64,000 nucleotides of DNA, from the NCBI GenBank assembly GCA_963832395.1, contig CAWHTV010000007.1, forward strand, positions 796,395 to 860,394, read 5' to 3'. The DNA comes from an uncultured delta proteobacterium. Its GTDB lineage: Bacteria > Desulfobacterota > Binatia > Binatales > Binataceae. Below the pieces are notes generated by a model. That model was not told the origin of the DNA and made no database searches. It saw only the letters and a program-made list of their open reading frames with translations. How positions within the stretch are numbered: position 1 is the first letter of the stretch; every line of letters begins with the position of its first letter. Below are positions 63,237-64,000 of the stretch, in pieces. The position numbers and the translations under genes are program-made.

Positions 63237-64000
63237 CTACGGATTCAATTTCGCCGCGCTCGGCTGCGGCATCTCCACCGGCACCTGGAGACGTTTGCCG
63301 CTGCGCAGGATGTTCAGGTAGACGGTCTCGCCCGGTTGCGCATCGCGCAACTGGTCCTGAAAATCCATGAAGTTGGTAACCCGGTTGCCGTCGACTCCGA
63401 TGATCAGATCGTAGTTCTCGCCGAGCTGGATGGTTTCGATCACCGGCACGGCCAGCACCGCCGGCGGAAACACCAGCGAAGCCGCCACGGCCGCGCCCTC
63501 GAGCACGTCATGGGCCGCGCGATGGCCCGCCTGCACTCCCGGCACGCTCGGCCGGACTGCCGGGCTGCAACGCGACCACCAGCAGCCCGTCAATCTCGCG
63601 GCCGTTTTTCGCCCGCCGCGCGCCCTCCTGCAATTCAACACCGAGCGGCGAGGTGTTGACCCCTTCGTTCATGAACTCCTGCAGGCTGTGCAACTGCGGC
63701 TCATTGAGCGGCATCTGCTGATTCGCTTCGTAGTTGACGACCTGCGAGCCCGGGGAGGCGGCGCCGTCCCGGGCTCGACCGTCTGCTCCTGCGCGGCGGA
63801 TCGGGATGACGGTGGTTCCCGGCGGCGCCTCGTCGGGATTTTCGCTCTGCTCATCAGCCGCCGGAGCATCAGTGGCCGCAGGGCCGGTCGCAGCCGCGGC
63901 GCGGCTGCGATCGCGCCCGAGACGGAAGCGTCTGGCGCAGCGGAGCCATCCGGGAGGCGTCGCACGCGGCGCAGCCGTCGTTTATGAGAACAGTCCTGGG
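63237..64000 (-). CDS. PDZ-domain protein (partial, N-terminus outside the window), frame-disrupted
   Basis: GVELQEG...IDGLLVVALQPGSPAERAG / DLIIGVDGNRVTNFMDFQDQLRDAQPGETVYLNILRSGKRLQVPVEM (PDZ). The upstream Pro/Ala-rich segment is in other frames (ORFs 63508-63714 and 63669-63965). Confidence 0.6.

Overview
GC-rich bacterial chromosomal window (about two-thirds G+C by eye, not computed). It holds about 50 protein-coding genes. I found no rRNA, tRNA, CRISPR array or intact mobile element.

Gene content in order:
- 1-7.7 kb: housekeeping and redox genes (thioredoxin-fold fusion, thiolase, zwf, VanZ, GST-like, DUF72, SDR).
- 8.0-14.9 kb: two tandem 3.3-kb paralogs, each zinc-ribbon + class III nucleotide cyclase + STAND ATPase + TPR.
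- 14.9-20.4 kb: envelope glycan module (Vgb-like propeller lipoprotein, fcl, methyltransferase::GT2 fusion, GT87-like membrane protein).
- 20.4-31.4 kb: malQ, SDR, TPR protein, SufT-like protein, AGPS-like FAD oxidase, haloalkane dehalogenase, enoyl-CoA hydratase, a lipoprotein, pepN.
- 31.6-45.7 kb: a near-complete hopanoid supercluster. hpnK and hpnG are divergent. A roughly 12-kb minus-strand run follows: tetR-hpnH-prenyl synthase-Zn-ADH-shc-dxr-hpnC-hpnD-hpnE-hpnA-CruF/DUF422-like membrane protein.
- 45.9-54.5 kb: two oxidoreductases, then a TonB/ExbBD + TonB-dependent receptor + DUF2946-like locus facing a Tat multicopper oxidase.
- 54.5-61.6 kb: a divergent eight-gene cluster. It contains two HAD phosphatases, an NTP-transferase, an ATP-grasp enzyme, a class-III aminotransferase, an NTP-transferase-like::CDP-alcohol phosphotransferase fusion and a B12-type radical SAM.
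- 61.6-64.0 kb: a PIN-toxin remnant, panC and a partial PDZ protein.

The eight-gene cluster is my best candidate for an uncharacterised pathway. I suspect a phosphodiester-linked amino-polyol head group or solute.

Major caveat: roughly half of the genes are broken by one to four frame switches, so conserved protein segments continue in another frame. Most switches sit at short homopolymers, which suggests indel errors or decay. Gene coordinates below are therefore merged across frames, and several 3' ends are uncertain. All family calls come from motif recognition by eye; no searches were run.
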